Assembly (NCBI GenBank): GCA_963749075.1
Contig: CAVVLJ010000017.1
Span: 1,142,062-1,206,061, forward strand
DNA length: 64,000 nt
From: an uncultured Pseudomonadota bacterium
GTDB taxonomy: Bacteria; Pseudomonadota; Alphaproteobacteria; JACZXZ01
Reading direction: 5' to 3'
The notes below the pieces were generated by a model. It had not been told where the DNA came from, made no database searches, and saw only the letters and a list, made by a program, of their open reading frames with translations. A program made the position numbers and the translations under genes. Position 1 is the first letter of the stretch. The number at the start of each line of letters is the position of its first letter. This document shows, in pieces, positions 31,200 to 41,685 of this stretch.

Positions 31200-32615
31200 A
31201 TGGCCGGGATAGGCCGCCGCCGCTTCATCCAGGGCAGTGCCGCCACAGCAGCACTCGCCGCCCTCGAGGCACCGCTGCCGGCGGAGGCCGCGGCGCCGCA
31301 CCCCGCTGCCAAGCTCGCGGACATCGATCACATCATCGTCCTCATGAAGGAGAACCGCTCCTTCGACCATTATTTCGGCACGCTCGCGGGCGTGCGCGGC
31401 TTCGCGGACCGTGCTGCGCTCACGCTCCCCGACGGGCGCTCGGTCTTCGAGCAGCCGGACGCGCTCAATCCCCAAGGCCACGTGCTGCCCTTCAGGCTCG
31501 ACACCAAGCGCACCCGGGCGCAGCGCCTGCACGCGCTGAGCCACGAATGGGGCGCCCTCCATGCCTCGTGGGACGGCGGCAAGATGGACAGCTGGGTCCC
31601 CGCCCACCGTGCGACGAACGGGCAAGATGGGCCCCTCACGATGGGCTACCTCACGCGGGAGGACCTGCCGTTCTATCACGCGCTGGCCGATGCCTTCACG
31701 ATCTGCGACGGCTATCACGCCTCGGTGATCGGTCCCACCCATCCCAACCGCTACTATCTGTGGACCGCCACCGTCGACCCGGAGGGCCGGCACGGCGGCC
31801 CGGCGATCGACAATAAGATCAGGCCCTACGACTGGGAGACCTATCCGGAGCGCCTCGAGGCGGCCGGCATCTCGTGGCGCATCTACCACGACCTCGACGA
31901 CTACAACTGCAATCTCTGCAAGTATTTCACCCAGTACCGCGGCCTGCCGGCGGGCTCGCCCTTGCGCGAGCAGGCGCTACGCAACCGGCCCTTCTACGAG
32001 CTCCTCGCCGATCTGCGCTCGGGCAACATCCCGCAGGTGAGCTGGATCGTGCCGCCCTCGACGGCGACCGAGCATCCCGACTACCTGCCGGCGGCCGGCG
32101 AGGACCACACGCGACAGGTGCTCGAGGCGCTGTGGTCCAACCGGAGGCTCTGGTCGCGCACGCTCTTCATCCTCAATTACGACGAGAACGACGGCCTCTT
32201 CGATCACGTGGCACCGCCGCTGCCGCCGCCCGGCACGGCGGAGGAATATGTGGGCGCGCTGCCGATCGGGCTCGGCTTCCGCGTGCCATGCCTCCTCATC
32301 TCGCCCTTCACCCGCGGCGGCTACGTGACGAGCGAGACCTTCGACCACACCTCGACGCTCCGCCTGATGGAGGCGCGCTTCGGCGTCGAGGTCGCCAATC
32401 TGAGCCGCTGGCGGCGCGAGACCTGCGGCGATTTCACGCGCGCACTCGGCCTGGGCGAAGCCCCGCGTCTCGAGGTGCCGGCGCTGCCCCGGACCGCCGA
32501 GGCGCTGCGCACGGCCGAGCGCAACGTCATGCGCCTGCCGCCGCCCGAAGTGCCGCAAAAGCAGGCCATGCCGCGCCAGGAGCCCGGCACCCGGCGGCGC
32601 CGGATGGCAAGCTGA
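31200..32615 (+). CDS. Tat-exported phospholipase C/phosphoesterase
   Basis: RRRFI Tat motif; ENRSFDHYFG, GPTHPNR, EHP, YDENDG and DHTS motifs. Confidence 0.9.
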   Translation: MAGIGRRRFIQGSAATAALAALEAPLPAEAAAPHPAAKLADIDHIIVLMKENRSFDHYFGTLAGVRGFADRAALTLPDGRSVFEQPDALNPQGHVLPFRLDTKRTRAQRLHALSHEWGALHASWDGGKMDSWVPAHRATNGQDGPLTMGYLTREDLPFYHALADAFTICDGYHASVIGPTHPNRYYLWTATVDPEGRHGGPAIDNKIRPYDWETYPERLEAAGISWRIYHDLDDYNCNLCKYFTQYRGLPAGSPLREQALRNRPFYELLADLRSGNIPQVSWIVPPSTATEHPDYLPAAGEDHTRQVLEALWSNRRLWSRTLFILNYDENDGLFDHVAPPLPPPGTAEEYVGALPIGLGFRVPCLLISPFTRGGYVTSETFDHTSTLRLMEARFGVEVANLSRWRRETCGDFTRALGLGEAPRLEVPALPRTAEALRTAERNVMRLPPPEVPQKQAMPRQEPGTRRRRMAS

Positions 32616-32623
32616 GCGCAGTC

Positions 32624-33124
32624 TTAACGCGCCGCGAGCGCACGAGAGCGGCCCGCGCGCGGGCGCCCGCGGACGCGCGGACGGTAGAGCGCCCAAAAGG
32701 TCTCCGGATTGCTCCTCATCGTCCGACATGCAATCTGCAAAGCGATCGGCAGCTTGTCGAGCTTCCTGTAGTTTTTTACCGTCCCCACGGTCACCCCGAA
32801 TATATCGGCGGTTTCCCGGAGAGACAGCCCCATGACTCTCTGCCAGCGCTCGAGGTCCCGGCCGCTCATCGGCGTCTGCTCCGCGGCGAGATGGGCGAGC
32901 GAGGCGGCGGAAAAATCGAGGCCGCCCGGCCATTCGATGCCGCTGCCGTGCCCGGTCACTTTGGCTTGGGCGAAAAGCGCCACGTCCTTGAGCGGCGCAA
33001 AGGGCTCGAATCCATTGATCACGCCGGTCATATCGACGATGCTGGCGCCGCCGTCGGCCCAGCTGAGGCGCAGCCGATGCCCCTCGGCGGCCTTGACGCG
33101 CGCCAGCCGCGGCAGCGGGCTCAC
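32624..33124 (-). CDS. DUF2442 plus C-terminal HTH protein (antitoxin-like)
   Basis: LRLSWADG, IEWPGGLDF and LSLRETADIFGVTVGTVKNY; GTGA overlap with the upstream gene. Confidence 0.75.
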   Translation of the reverse strand: MSPLPRLARVKAAEGHRLRLSWADGGASIVDMTGVINGFEPFAPLKDVALFAQAKVTGHGSGIEWPGGLDFSAASLAHLAAEQTPMSGRDLERWQRVMGLSLRETADIFGVTVGTVKNYRKLDKLPIALQIACRTMRSNPETFWALYRPRVRGRPRAGRSRALAAR

Positions 33125-33384
33125 GGCTCTCTCCCGGCGATTGGTTGCTGTGGATTGCAGCGGTTCCATTCTTGCACCAGCAATGTCTTATTGGACGCCG
33201 CCCAGCTCATGACGCGCCGCCGGTCGGCCGCGCCCAGCGAGCCTTCCAAGACGCGGAAATCCACAACCGACACCAAAATTTCCCGCGTCGGGCTGACCGC
33301 ATGGAAATGCGGCTCCTTGTGGCGGTCGGTGTCCCTGAAATACACCCGGACCTCCACGTTGCCGAGCGTTGCCAGCCGAGGCAT
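33121..33384 (-). CDS. DUF4160 family protein (toxin-like)
   Basis: MP...VYFRD..HKEPHFH...WA...L..EW. Confidence 0.75.
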   Translation of the reverse strand: MPRLATLGNVEVRVYFRDTDRHKEPHFHAVSPTREILVSVVDFRVLEGSLGAADRRRVMSWAASNKTLLVQEWNRCNPQQPIAGREP

Positions 33385-33462
33385 GCCATCCCCCGCAAAT
33401 ATGGAGCAACCGCCGGCCGCAATCAATAATCTTGGCTAAAATTTGCCTAGGTTTATCCGGCC

Positions 33463-34242
33463 TCAGCCCTTCTCCACCAGCGCCATGTAGTTGACCGAGA
33501 GGTCGTCCGAGAGCGCGAAGCGGTCGGTGAGCGGGCTGTAGCGCACGCCGGTGAGCTCGGAGAGCCGCGCGCCCGAGGCGCGCAGCTCAGCCGCGAGCTC
33601 CGAGGGGCGCAGGAACTTCCGCCAGTCGTGGGTGCCGCGCGGCAGCCAGCCGAGGAGGTACTCGGCGCCGACGATGGCAAAGGCGAAGCTCTGGGGCGTG
33701 CGGTTGAGCGTGGCGACCACCATGATGCCGCGCGGCTTGAGGAGCTCGAGCGAGGCGGCGAGGAAGCCCTGCACGTCGGCCACGTGCTCGACCACCTCCA
33801 TGTTGAGGACGATGTCGAAGCGCCGCCCGCCGGATGCCAGCTCCTCGGCGGTGGCGGCGCCGTAGTCGATCGCGAGTCCGCTCTCCGCCGCGTGCGCGCG
33901 CGCGGCCGCGATGCTGCCCGGCTCGGCGTCGATGCCGCTCACCTTGGCGCCGAGGCGCGCGAGCGGCTCGCAGAGGAGCCCGCCGCCGCAGCCGATGTCG
34001 AGGACCTCGAGCCCCTCGAGCGGCCGCAACGCCTTGGCATCGCGGCCGAAATGGCTGGCCGCGCGCGCCCGCACGAAGGCCAGGCGCACCGGGTTGAGCT
34101 TGTGGAGCGGGCGGAAGGCGCCGCGCGGGTCCCACCAGGCCTTGGCCAAGCGGGCAAACCGGGCGATCTCGCCCGCGTCCACGCTGGGACTCACCTCCCC
34201 GCCCGGGCGGTGCGCGGGCTCGCCTGAGGGAGTGCGGCTCAT
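33463..34242 (-). CDS. ubiG: Ubiquinone O-methyltransferase
   Basis: [26 protein letters not shown] and PRGTHDW motifs. Confidence 0.95.
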   Translation of the reverse strand: MSRTPSGEPAHRPGGEVSPSVDAGEIARFARLAKAWWDPRGAFRPLHKLNPVRLAFVRARAASHFGRDAKALRPLEGLEVLDIGCGGGLLCEPLARLGAKVSGIDAEPGSIAAARAHAAESGLAIDYGAATAEELASGGRRFDIVLNMEVVEHVADVQGFLAASLELLKPRGIMVVATLNRTPQSFAFAIVGAEYLLGWLPRGTHDWRKFLRPSELAAELRASGARLSELTGVRYSPLTDRFALSDDLSVNYMALVEKG

Positions 34243-34402
34243 CGCGGGCTCCATGACGGCTGCAGCGCCAGCGCGGGCTTGCGCCGGCCGCGGCAAATTC
34301 AGTATGTATTGACGCCCTTCCAGCGGCAACCCGGGCGCATCGGCGAAACTCTCGAAGTTCCTCTCCCGAGCAAAGACGAGAGCGGGCGGAGGGTCAAGGT
34401 GC

Positions 34403-35623
34403 ATGGCGCGAATCGTGCAAAAATACGGCGGCACCTCGGTCGCCGACATGGAGCGAATCAGGCACGTGGCGCGCCGCGTCAAGGCGGAGGTGGACGCCGG
34501 CCACGAGCTCGCCGTCGTGGTCTCGGCCATGGCCGGCGAGACGGACAAGCTGGTGGCGCTCACCCAGGAGGCGGCGGCCCTCCACGACGCCCGCGAGTAC
34601 GACGTCGTGGTCTCCTCGGGCGAGCAGGTCACGGCCGGCCTCCTTGCCATCGCCCTTCAGGACGAGGGCGTGCAGGCGCGCTCGTGGCTCGGCTGGCAGA
34701 TCCCGATCGCGACCGACGGCGTGCACGGCCGGGCGCGCATCGAGGGCATCGAGGGCGCCGAGCTCCTCCGCCGCATGGGCGAGGGCCAGGTCGCGGTGGT
34801 GGCGGGCTTCCAGGGCATCGGCCCCGACGGCCGCATCACGACGCTCGGGCGCGGCGGCTCGGACACCTCGGCGGTGGCGCTCGCGGCCGCCCTCAAGGCG
34901 GACCGCTGCGACATCCTCAAGGACGTGGAGGGCATCTATACCGCCGATCCGCGCATCGTTGCGAAGGCGCGCAAGCTCGCTAGAATCACCTACGAGGAGA
35001 TGCTGGAGATGGCCTCCCTCGGCGCCAAGGTGCTGCAGACCCGCGCCATCGAGATGGCCATGAAGCACCACGTGCGCCTGCAGGTGGTGTCGAGCTTCAA
35101 CAACGAGCCGGGAACGCTCGTCGTAGACGAGGACGAGATCGTGGAAAAAGCAGTCGTCAGCGGCCTCACCTACAACCGGGGCGAGGCCAAGATCACGCTC
35201 GCGGGCGTGGCCGACCGTCCCGGCGTCGCCGCCGGCATCTTCGGCCCGCTCGCCGAGGCCAACATCAACGTCGACATGATCGTGCAAGGCTCCTCGGAGG
35301 ACGGCCATACGACCGACCTCACCTTCACGGTGGCGAAGGGCGACTTGAGCCAGGCGGTCACCGTGCTCGAGGGTGAGCGCGCCAAGCTCGGCTATGCGCG
35401 CCTCGTGTCCGATCCCAACGTGGTCAAGGTCTCGGTCATCGGCGTCGGCATGCGCAGCCACGCGGGCGTCGCCCAGGAGATGTTCAAGGCGCTCTCCCGC
35501 GAAGGCATCAACATCCAGGTGATCTCGACCTCCGAGATCAAGGTGAGCGTGCTCATCGACGAGAAATACACCGAACTGGCGCTCAGGGCGCTCCACTCGG
35601 CCTACGGCCTGGACGCCGTCTGA
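34403..35623 (+). CDS. lysC: Aspartate kinase
   Basis: [22 protein letters not shown] domains and STSEIK. Confidence 0.96.
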   Translation: MARIVQKYGGTSVADMERIRHVARRVKAEVDAGHELAVVVSAMAGETDKLVALTQEAAALHDAREYDVVVSSGEQVTAGLLAIALQDEGVQARSWLGWQIPIATDGVHGRARIEGIEGAELLRRMGEGQVAVVAGFQGIGPDGRITTLGRGGSDTSAVALAAALKADRCDILKDVEGIYTADPRIVAKARKLARITYEEMLEMASLGAKVLQTRAIEMAMKHHVRLQVVSSFNNEPGTLVVDEDEIVEKAVVSGLTYNRGEAKITLAGVADRPGVAAGIFGPLAEANINVDMIVQGSSEDGHTTDLTFTVAKGDLSQAVTVLEGERAKLGYARLVSDPNVVKVSVIGVGMRSHAGVAQEMFKALSREGINIQVISTSEIKVSVLIDEKYTELALRALHSAYGLDAV

Positions 35624-35627
35624 GGCC

Positions 35628-36668
35628 ATGGACCTCGTGAGCGCCCGCGCGCGTCTCGACGAGCTCTGGCGGCGCGGCACCGAGTTCCTCGGCTGCCGCT
35701 ATGCGCTCATGGGCGGTGCGATGACCTGGGTCAGCGAGCGCCATCTCGTGGCGGCGATCTCGAATGCCGGCGGCTTCGGCGTGATCGCCTGCGGCGCCAT
35801 GACGCCGGAGGCGCTCGCCCAAGAGATCGCCGGCACCGCTCAGCTCACGGAGCGCCCCTTCGGCGTCAACCTCATCGTCATGCACCCGGCTCTCGAGGCG
35901 CTCGTCGAGGCCTCCTTGGCCGGCCGCGTCGGCCACGTGGTCTTCGCAGGCGGCCTGCCGCCGCGCGCGTACCTTCAGAAGGTGAAGGCCGCGGGCGCCA
36001 AGGCGATGGCGTTTGCATCCGGGCTCGCGATCGCGAAAAAGCTCGTGCGCATGGAGATCGACGGCATCGTCATCGAGGGAGCGGAGGCCGGCGGGCACAT
36101 CGGCCCGGTCACCACCTCGGTCCTGGCGCAGGAGATCCTGCCGGCGGTGCTCGAGGTGCCGGTGTTCGTCGCCGGCGGCATCGGGCGCGGCGAGGCGGTG
36201 CTCTCCTATCTCGAGATGGGGGCGTCGGGCTGCCAGCTCGGCACGCGCTTCGTCTGCGCGCGCGAGTCGATCGCCCACCCCAACTTCAAGAAGGCCTTCA
36301 TCCGCGCCGCCGCGCGCGACGCGGTGCCCTCGATCCAGCTCGACCGGCGCTTCCCGGTGATCCCGGTGCGCGCGATCGCCAACCGCGCCACCGAGCGCTT
36401 CCTCGACGCGCAGCGCGACGTCATCGCGCGCTACAATCGCGGCGAGCTCGCCAAGGTGGCGGCCCAGCTCGAGATCGAGCACTTCTGGGCCGGCTCGCTC
36501 AGGCGCGCCGTGGTGGAGGGCGACGTGGAGAGCGGCTCGCTCATGGCCGGGCAGAGCGTGGGCATGGTGACGCGCGAGCAGTCGACGGCCGAGATCATCG
36601 AGGAGCTCGTGGACCAGGCGCTGGCGGCGCTCATGGCAAGGGGGCGGCGCGAGGCCGCAAGCCGATGA
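35628..36668 (+). CDS. Nitronate monooxygenase/FabK-like flavin oxidoreductase
   Basis: EGAEAGGHIG, AGGIG, QLGTRF and MAGQSVG motifs. Confidence 0.88.
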   Translation: MDLVSARARLDELWRRGTEFLGCRYALMGGAMTWVSERHLVAAISNAGGFGVIACGAMTPEALAQEIAGTAQLTERPFGVNLIVMHPALEALVEASLAGRVGHVVFAGGLPPRAYLQKVKAAGAKAMAFASGLAIAKKLVRMEIDGIVIEGAEAGGHIGPVTTSVLAQEILPAVLEVPVFVAGGIGRGEAVLSYLEMGASGCQLGTRFVCARESIAHPNFKKAFIRAAARDAVPSIQLDRRFPVIPVRAIANRATERFLDAQRDVIARYNRGELAKVAAQLEIEHFWAGSLRRAVVEGDVESGSLMAGQSVGMVTREQSTAEIIEELVDQALAALMARGRREAASR

Positions 36669-38935
36669 GCGAGAGCGCCGGCCTCGTCGGCACGCGCAGA
36701 CTGCTGAAGCGCCTGCGCGATGTCATGGCCGCGGGCGGCGCCGCGCAAGCGCGCCTCGACCAGATCGTGCGCCTCATCGCCGGCGAGCTCGTGGCCGAGG
36801 TGTGCTCGATCTACGTGATGCGCGCCGGCGAGGTGCTCGAGCTCTTCGCCACCGAAGGCCTCAAGCGCGAGGCCGTGCACCGCACGCGCCTGCGCGTGGG
36901 CGAGGGCCTCGTCGGCGACATCGCAGCTCAGCGCCAGCCCGGCAGCTTCCCCGACGCCCAGCACCACCCCAAGTTCGCCTACCGCCCCGAGACCGGCGAG
37001 GAGATCTACCGCTCGCTCGTGGGAGCACCCATTCTGCGCGACGGCCGCGTCATCGGCGTGCTCGTGGTGCAGAACCGCACCCAGCGCCTCTATACCGAGG
37101 AGGAAGTCGAGACCCTCGAGACGGTGGCCATGGTGCTCGCCGAGATGCTGGCGACGGGCGAGCTCGTGAGCCCGGCCGAGCTCACGCCGACCGACGGCAT
37201 CGCCCTCCTCCCCGTGCGGCTCGAAGGCATCTCGATCAACGGCGGCGTCGCCATCGGCCGTGCCGTGCTGCACCACCGGCGCATCCTCATCCGCCAGGTG
37301 GTGGCCGAGGACCCCCAGGCCGAGCTGGCGCGCCTCGACGCCGCACTCGCCGGCCTGAGGACGGCGCTCGATGCGCTCGCCGCCTCGCCCGACATGGCGC
37401 CCCACGGCGAGCACCGCGAGGTGCTCGAGACCTACCGCGCCGTGGCCGGCGACCGCGGTTGGCTGAGACGCATGCGCGAGGCGGTGCTCACGGGGCTCTC
37501 GGCCGAGGCCGCGGTGCAGCGCGTGCAGAACGACATGCGCAACCGCATGGCGCAGGTGAGCGATCCCTTCTTCCGCGAGCGCCTGGCCGAGCTCGCCGAC
37601 CTCACCAACCGGCTTTTGCTTCACCTGGGCGCCGTCGACGAGCAGCCGGCGCTCGGCGAGACGCCGGAGGAGATCATCGTGGTCGCGCACGACATGAGCC
37701 CGACCGACCTTCTCGACTACGATCGCCGCAGGCTCAAGGGTCTCGTCCTCGAGGAAGGCGCTCCCACCTCCCACGTGGCGATCATCGCGCGCGCCATCGA
37801 CATCCCGGTCATCGGCCGGGTGCGCGAGGCCTTCAACAAGATCGACATGCTCGATCCGCTCATCCTCGACGGCGAGCGCGGCGTCGTCTACCTGCGTCCC
37901 GGCGAGGACGTGCAGCAGAGCTTCTCGGAGAGCGTGCGCATCAGCGCCGAGCGGGCAGCGGCCTATGCGGCGGCGCGCAACCTGCCCTCCACCTCGCTCG
38001 ACGGCGTACGCGTGGGCCTCCACATCAACGCGGGCCTCCTCATCGACATGCCGCATCTCCACGAGAGCGCCGCCGACGGCATCGGGCTCTACCGCACCGA
38101 GCTTCTCTTCATGGTGCGGCCGAACTTCCCCTCGGTCGCCGAGCAGACCCAGGTCTATGCCCGGGTGCTCGACCTCGCGCGCGGCAAGCCCGTCGTCTTC
38201 CGCACCCTCGACGTGGGCGGCGACAAGGCGCTGCCCTATCTCCCCGACGACCGCGAGGAGAACCCGGCGATGGGCTGGCGTGCCATCCGCATCGGGCTCG
38301 ACCGCCCGGCCATGCTGCGCCAGCAGCTGCGCGCCCTCATCCGGGCCGCGGCCGGACGCGAGCTCCATGTGATGTTTCCCATGATCGCCGAGGTCGCCGA
38401 GTTCGCCCGCGCGCGGGGCATTCTGGCGCTCGAGCTCGCGCACGAGAAGGCGCTCGGCACGCCGTTGCCGAGCGCCTTGCGCGTGGGCGCCATGCTGGAG
38501 GTGCCCTCGCTCGTCTATCAGCTCCCCGCCCTTCTCGCGCGCGTCGATTTCCTCTCGATCGGCAGCAACGACCTCCTGCAGTTCCACTTCGCGGTCGACC
38601 GCACCAACCCGCGCCTGGCCGAGCGCTACGACATGCTGTCGCCCTCGGCGCTCAGCATGCTTCGCCGCATCATCGTCGGCTGCTCGAAGCTCGGGGTGGC
38701 GCTCAGCCTGTGCGGCGAGGCGGGCGCGCGGCCGCTCGAGGCGATGGCGCTCGTGGGCTTGGGCTTGCGCAATCTCTCGGTGCCGCCGCCGGCGGTAGGC
38801 GCGGTCAAGATGATGGTGCGGAGCCTCAAGGTGGCGCCCCTTGCCGCCTATCTCGGGACGCTCCTGGGGCTGCCCGATCGCTCGCTGCGCGACAAGCTCA
38901 AGGATTATGCGCTGGACCACGGCATTGCCATCTAA
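36665..38935 (+). CDS. ptsP: PTS enzyme I-Ntr (GAF-EI)
   Basis: N-terminal GAF; TSHVAI, GLYRTE, ENPAMGWR and SIGSNDL motifs. Confidence 0.95.
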   Translation: MSESAGLVGTRRLLKRLRDVMAAGGAAQARLDQIVRLIAGELVAEVCSIYVMRAGEVLELFATEGLKREAVHRTRLRVGEGLVGDIAAQRQPGSFPDAQHHPKFAYRPETGEEIYRSLVGAPILRDGRVIGVLVVQNRTQRLYTEEEVETLETVAMVLAEMLATGELVSPAELTPTDGIALLPVRLEGISINGGVAIGRAVLHHRRILIRQVVAEDPQAELARLDAALAGLRTALDALAASPDMAPHGEHREVLETYRAVAGDRGWLRRMREAVLTGLSAEAAVQRVQNDMRNRMAQVSDPFFRERLAELADLTNRLLLHLGAVDEQPALGETPEEIIVVAHDMSPTDLLDYDRRRLKGLVLEEGAPTSHVAIIARAIDIPVIGRVREAFNKIDMLDPLILDGERGVVYLRPGEDVQQSFSESVRISAERAAAYAAARNLPSTSLDGVRVGLHINAGLLIDMPHLHESAADGIGLYRTELLFMVRPNFPSVAEQTQVYARVLDLARGKPVVFRTLDVGGDKALPYLPDDREENPAMGWRAIRIGLDRPAMLRQQLRALIRAAAGRELHVMFPMIAEVAEFARARGILALELAHEKALGTPLPSALRVGAMLEVPSLVYQLPALLARVDFLSIGSNDLLQFHFAVDRTNPRLAERYDMLSPSALSMLRRIIVGCSKLGVALSLCGEAGARPLEAMALVGLGLRNLSVPPPAVGAVKMMVRSLKVAPLAAYLGTLLGLPDRSLRDKLKDYALDHGIAI

Positions 38936-39099
38936 TACGTTGATCAGGAGCGCCTTCCTTTGCTAAGAGCTAGTCTCGGGCTGGAAGTGCTTGTCCATCC
39001 GGCCGGTGTTTCGCGTCGTGCGGTGCGTGGGGCAATCCGCGGCGGCTAAGCCCGCGGGTCGGCAGGTGGGTCAGGGCTGTTGAAGGCAGGTCACGCACC

Positions 39100-40344
39100 A
39101 TGGCTGAGCCGAAGCGTCAGCACATCGGCATTGAAGATCGCCTGGCGGCCGCGCGCGATCCCGGCCCGCGTTTCCGCGAGCCCGGCGGCGTCGCGGCGGT
39201 GCTGCACGGGGCGCGGCTGCAGGCCGGCCTCGGCCTCGAGGACGTAGCCGCGACGCTGCGCATCCAGCACCGCTACCTCCAGGCCATCGAGGACGGGCGT
39301 TTTCAGGATCTCCCGGGGCCCACTTACGCGCTCGGCTTCGTTCGCGCCTACGCCGAGTTTCTCCAGCTCGACGTGAAGGAGGTCATACGGCGCTTCAAGG
39401 ACGAGGCGCGCGGGCTGAGCCACCGCCAGGCCCTCGTCTTCCCGGAGCCGCTGCAGGAGGGCCGCTTCCCCGGCGGCGCCGTCCTCATGGTCGCCATCGT
39501 TCTCGCAGCGGCGGTCTATGGCGGCTGGTACTATTGGGAGCACCGGCAGCTCAGCCTGTCGGACGAGGTGCCCACGGTGCCGGAGAGCATCGCCAATCTC
39601 GCGGCCAGCAAGCCGCAGGTACCGGCCGTGAGCGCCGCCGACAGCGCGGCAGCGCCTTCGGAGGCCCAGGCAAGCAGCGGAGAGCCGCCTCTGCGGCCCG
39701 CCGCGCAAGGCGAGCTGCCGCCCGCCGCCGCCGCCGCGCGAGGCGCTGCCGCGACGGCGGCACCCGGCGGCCAGGCTGCCGGGGCCACGAGCGCCCCTCC
39801 CTCCTCCACCGGCCAGCCTGCCGCGGCGGCCAATCCGGCCCCGGCAAGCCCGCCCGCCGCTGCCGGGAAGCTCGTCCTCAAACCGCCGGAGGGGCTGGTC
39901 GGCAGCGATTCGGCGCGGCCACCGGGCGCCCAGGCGAGCGTTGCGGCCCCTGCGGCCCCTGCGGCAACGGCACCGGGCGGCTACCAGGCGGCACCCGCGG
40001 CCCCGCCCGTCCCCGACCAGCTCGCCGCCTTAAAGCCCGGCGAGCCGCGCGTCTACGGCGAGAACAACGCGGATTCGCGCGTCACGCTGACCGCACGCCA
40101 GGACAGCTGGGTCCAGGTGCGCGACAAGGACAGCAACGTGATCTGGACCCGCATCTTGAGGCCGGGCGACAGCTACCGCGTGCCGAACCAGCCGGGCTTG
40201 AGCCTGGTGACCGGCAACGCAGGCGCCCTCGAGGTGACCGTCGACGGCAAGCCGGCGCCGCCCTTGGGTGGCGTCGGCGTCGTGCGGCGCAACATCACCC
40301 TCGATCCCGACAAGCTCGCGGCCGGGACGGCGCCGAGCCAATAG
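39100..40344 (+). CDS. rodZ: Cell shape protein RodZ
   Basis: HTH with YALGFVRAYAEFL; TM; Ala/Pro linker; SWVQVRD...GNAGAL; upstream of ispG. Confidence 0.88.
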   Translation: MAEPKRQHIGIEDRLAAARDPGPRFREPGGVAAVLHGARLQAGLGLEDVAATLRIQHRYLQAIEDGRFQDLPGPTYALGFVRAYAEFLQLDVKEVIRRFKDEARGLSHRQALVFPEPLQEGRFPGGAVLMVAIVLAAAVYGGWYYWEHRQLSLSDEVPTVPESIANLAASKPQVPAVSAADSAAAPSEAQASSGEPPLRPAAQGELPPAAAAARGAAATAAPGGQAAGATSAPPSSTGQPAAAANPAPASPPAAAGKLVLKPPEGLVGSDSARPPGAQASVAAPAAPAATAPGGYQAAPAAPPVPDQLAALKPGEPRVYGENNADSRVTLTARQDSWVQVRDKDSNVIWTRILRPGDSYRVPNQPGLSLVTGNAGALEVTVDGKPAPPLGGVGVVRRNITLDPDKLAAGTAPSQ

Positions 40345-40528
40345 GCGGCATTCCGCGACGGACTTGTGACAGTGCCGACGCGCGCCTGAGGCCCGCCGCT
40401 TGGCGGGGGCGGATGGCCGAACCATATGATAGTCGGCTGCCACGCGCGCCGCCGCGCGCTGGCCTGCCGCCGGCTTTTGCGTTATAACGCGGCTCGGCAC
40501 TGCGAGCGCAATCCCCGAGGGACCGATC

Positions 40529-41671
40529 ATGAGCGTCCGCCCCTATCGCGACATCGTCCGGCGCAAGAGCCGCAAGATCATGGTGGGCGGCGTCCCCGTC
40601 GGCGGCGACGCGCCGATCTCCGTGCAGTCCATGACCAACACGCTCACGGCCGACGCCGAGGCGACGATCGAGCAGATCCGCGGCCTCGAGGCCGCCGGTG
40701 CCGATATCGTGCGGGTCTCCTGCCCGGACGAGGAGTCGACGGCTGCCTTGAAAGAGATCGTGGCTGCCGCCAAAGCGCCGATCGTGGCCGACATCCACTT
40801 CCACTACAAGCGCGCCATCGAGGCGGCCCAAGCGGGTGCCGCGTGCCTGCGCGTCAATCCGGGCAACATCGGCGGCCAGGCGCGCGTGCGCGAGGTGGTC
40901 AAGGCGGCGCGCGACCACGGCTGCTCCATGCGCATCGGGGTCAATGCCGGCAGCCTCGAGAAGGAGCTCCTCGAGCGCTACGGCGAGCCCTGCCCCGAGG
41001 CGATGATCGAGAGCGCCCTCAACCATGCCAAGATGCTCGAGGACGAGGACTTCACCGAGTTCAAGATCAGCGTGAAGGCCTCCGACGTGTTCCTCGCCGT
41101 CGCCGCCTACCAGGGCCTGGCGGACGCCTGCGACTATCCCCTCCATCTCGGCGTCACCGAGGCGGGGGCGCTCAGGTCCGGGACGATCAAATCGTCGATC
41201 GGCATCGGCTCGCTCCTGTGGGCCGGCATCGGCGACACCATCCGCGTCTCGCTCTCGGCCGAGCCGGTCGAGGAGATCAAGGTCGGCTTCGACATCCTGA
41301 AGTCGCTGGGCTTGCGCCACCGCGGCGTCAACATCATCTCCTGCCCCTCCTGCGCGCGCCAGAACTTCAACGTCATCCCGACCGTCGAGAAGCTGGAGAA
41401 GCGCATCGCGCACATCACCACGCCGATGACGCTCTCGGTGATCGGCTGCGTGGTGAACGGGCCGGGCGAGGCGCGCGAGACCATGATCGGCCTCACCGGC
41501 GGGGGCAAGCGCTCGCACCAGGTCTACATCAACGGCGAGCGGCACCACGTGCTGCACGGCTCCGACGACGAGATCGTCGACCATCTGGTGGCGCTCGTGG
41601 AGAAGCGCGCCGCCGAGCTCGAGGCCGAAAAGGCGAAGAAAGAGACGGTACCGCTGAGCGCCGCGGTATAA
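40529..41671 (+). CDS. ispG: HMBPP synthase
   Basis: [26 protein letters not shown] and GCVVNGPGE motifs. Confidence 0.97.
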   Translation: MSVRPYRDIVRRKSRKIMVGGVPVGGDAPISVQSMTNTLTADAEATIEQIRGLEAAGADIVRVSCPDEESTAALKEIVAAAKAPIVADIHFHYKRAIEAAQAGAACLRVNPGNIGGQARVREVVKAARDHGCSMRIGVNAGSLEKELLERYGEPCPEAMIESALNHAKMLEDEDFTEFKISVKASDVFLAVAAYQGLADACDYPLHLGVTEAGALRSGTIKSSIGIGSLLWAGIGDTIRVSLSAEPVEEIKVGFDILKSLGLRHRGVNIISCPSCARQNFNVIPTVEKLEKRIAHITTPMTLSVIGCVVNGPGEARETMIGLTGGGKRSHQVYINGERHHVLHGSDDEIVDHLVALVEKRAAELEAEKAKKETVPLSAAV

Positions 41672-41685
41672 CCACGGAGATCCCC

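Noticed and set aside
39600-40030. Ala/Pro-rich low-complexity stretch
   Set aside because: Normal RodZ periplasmic linker.
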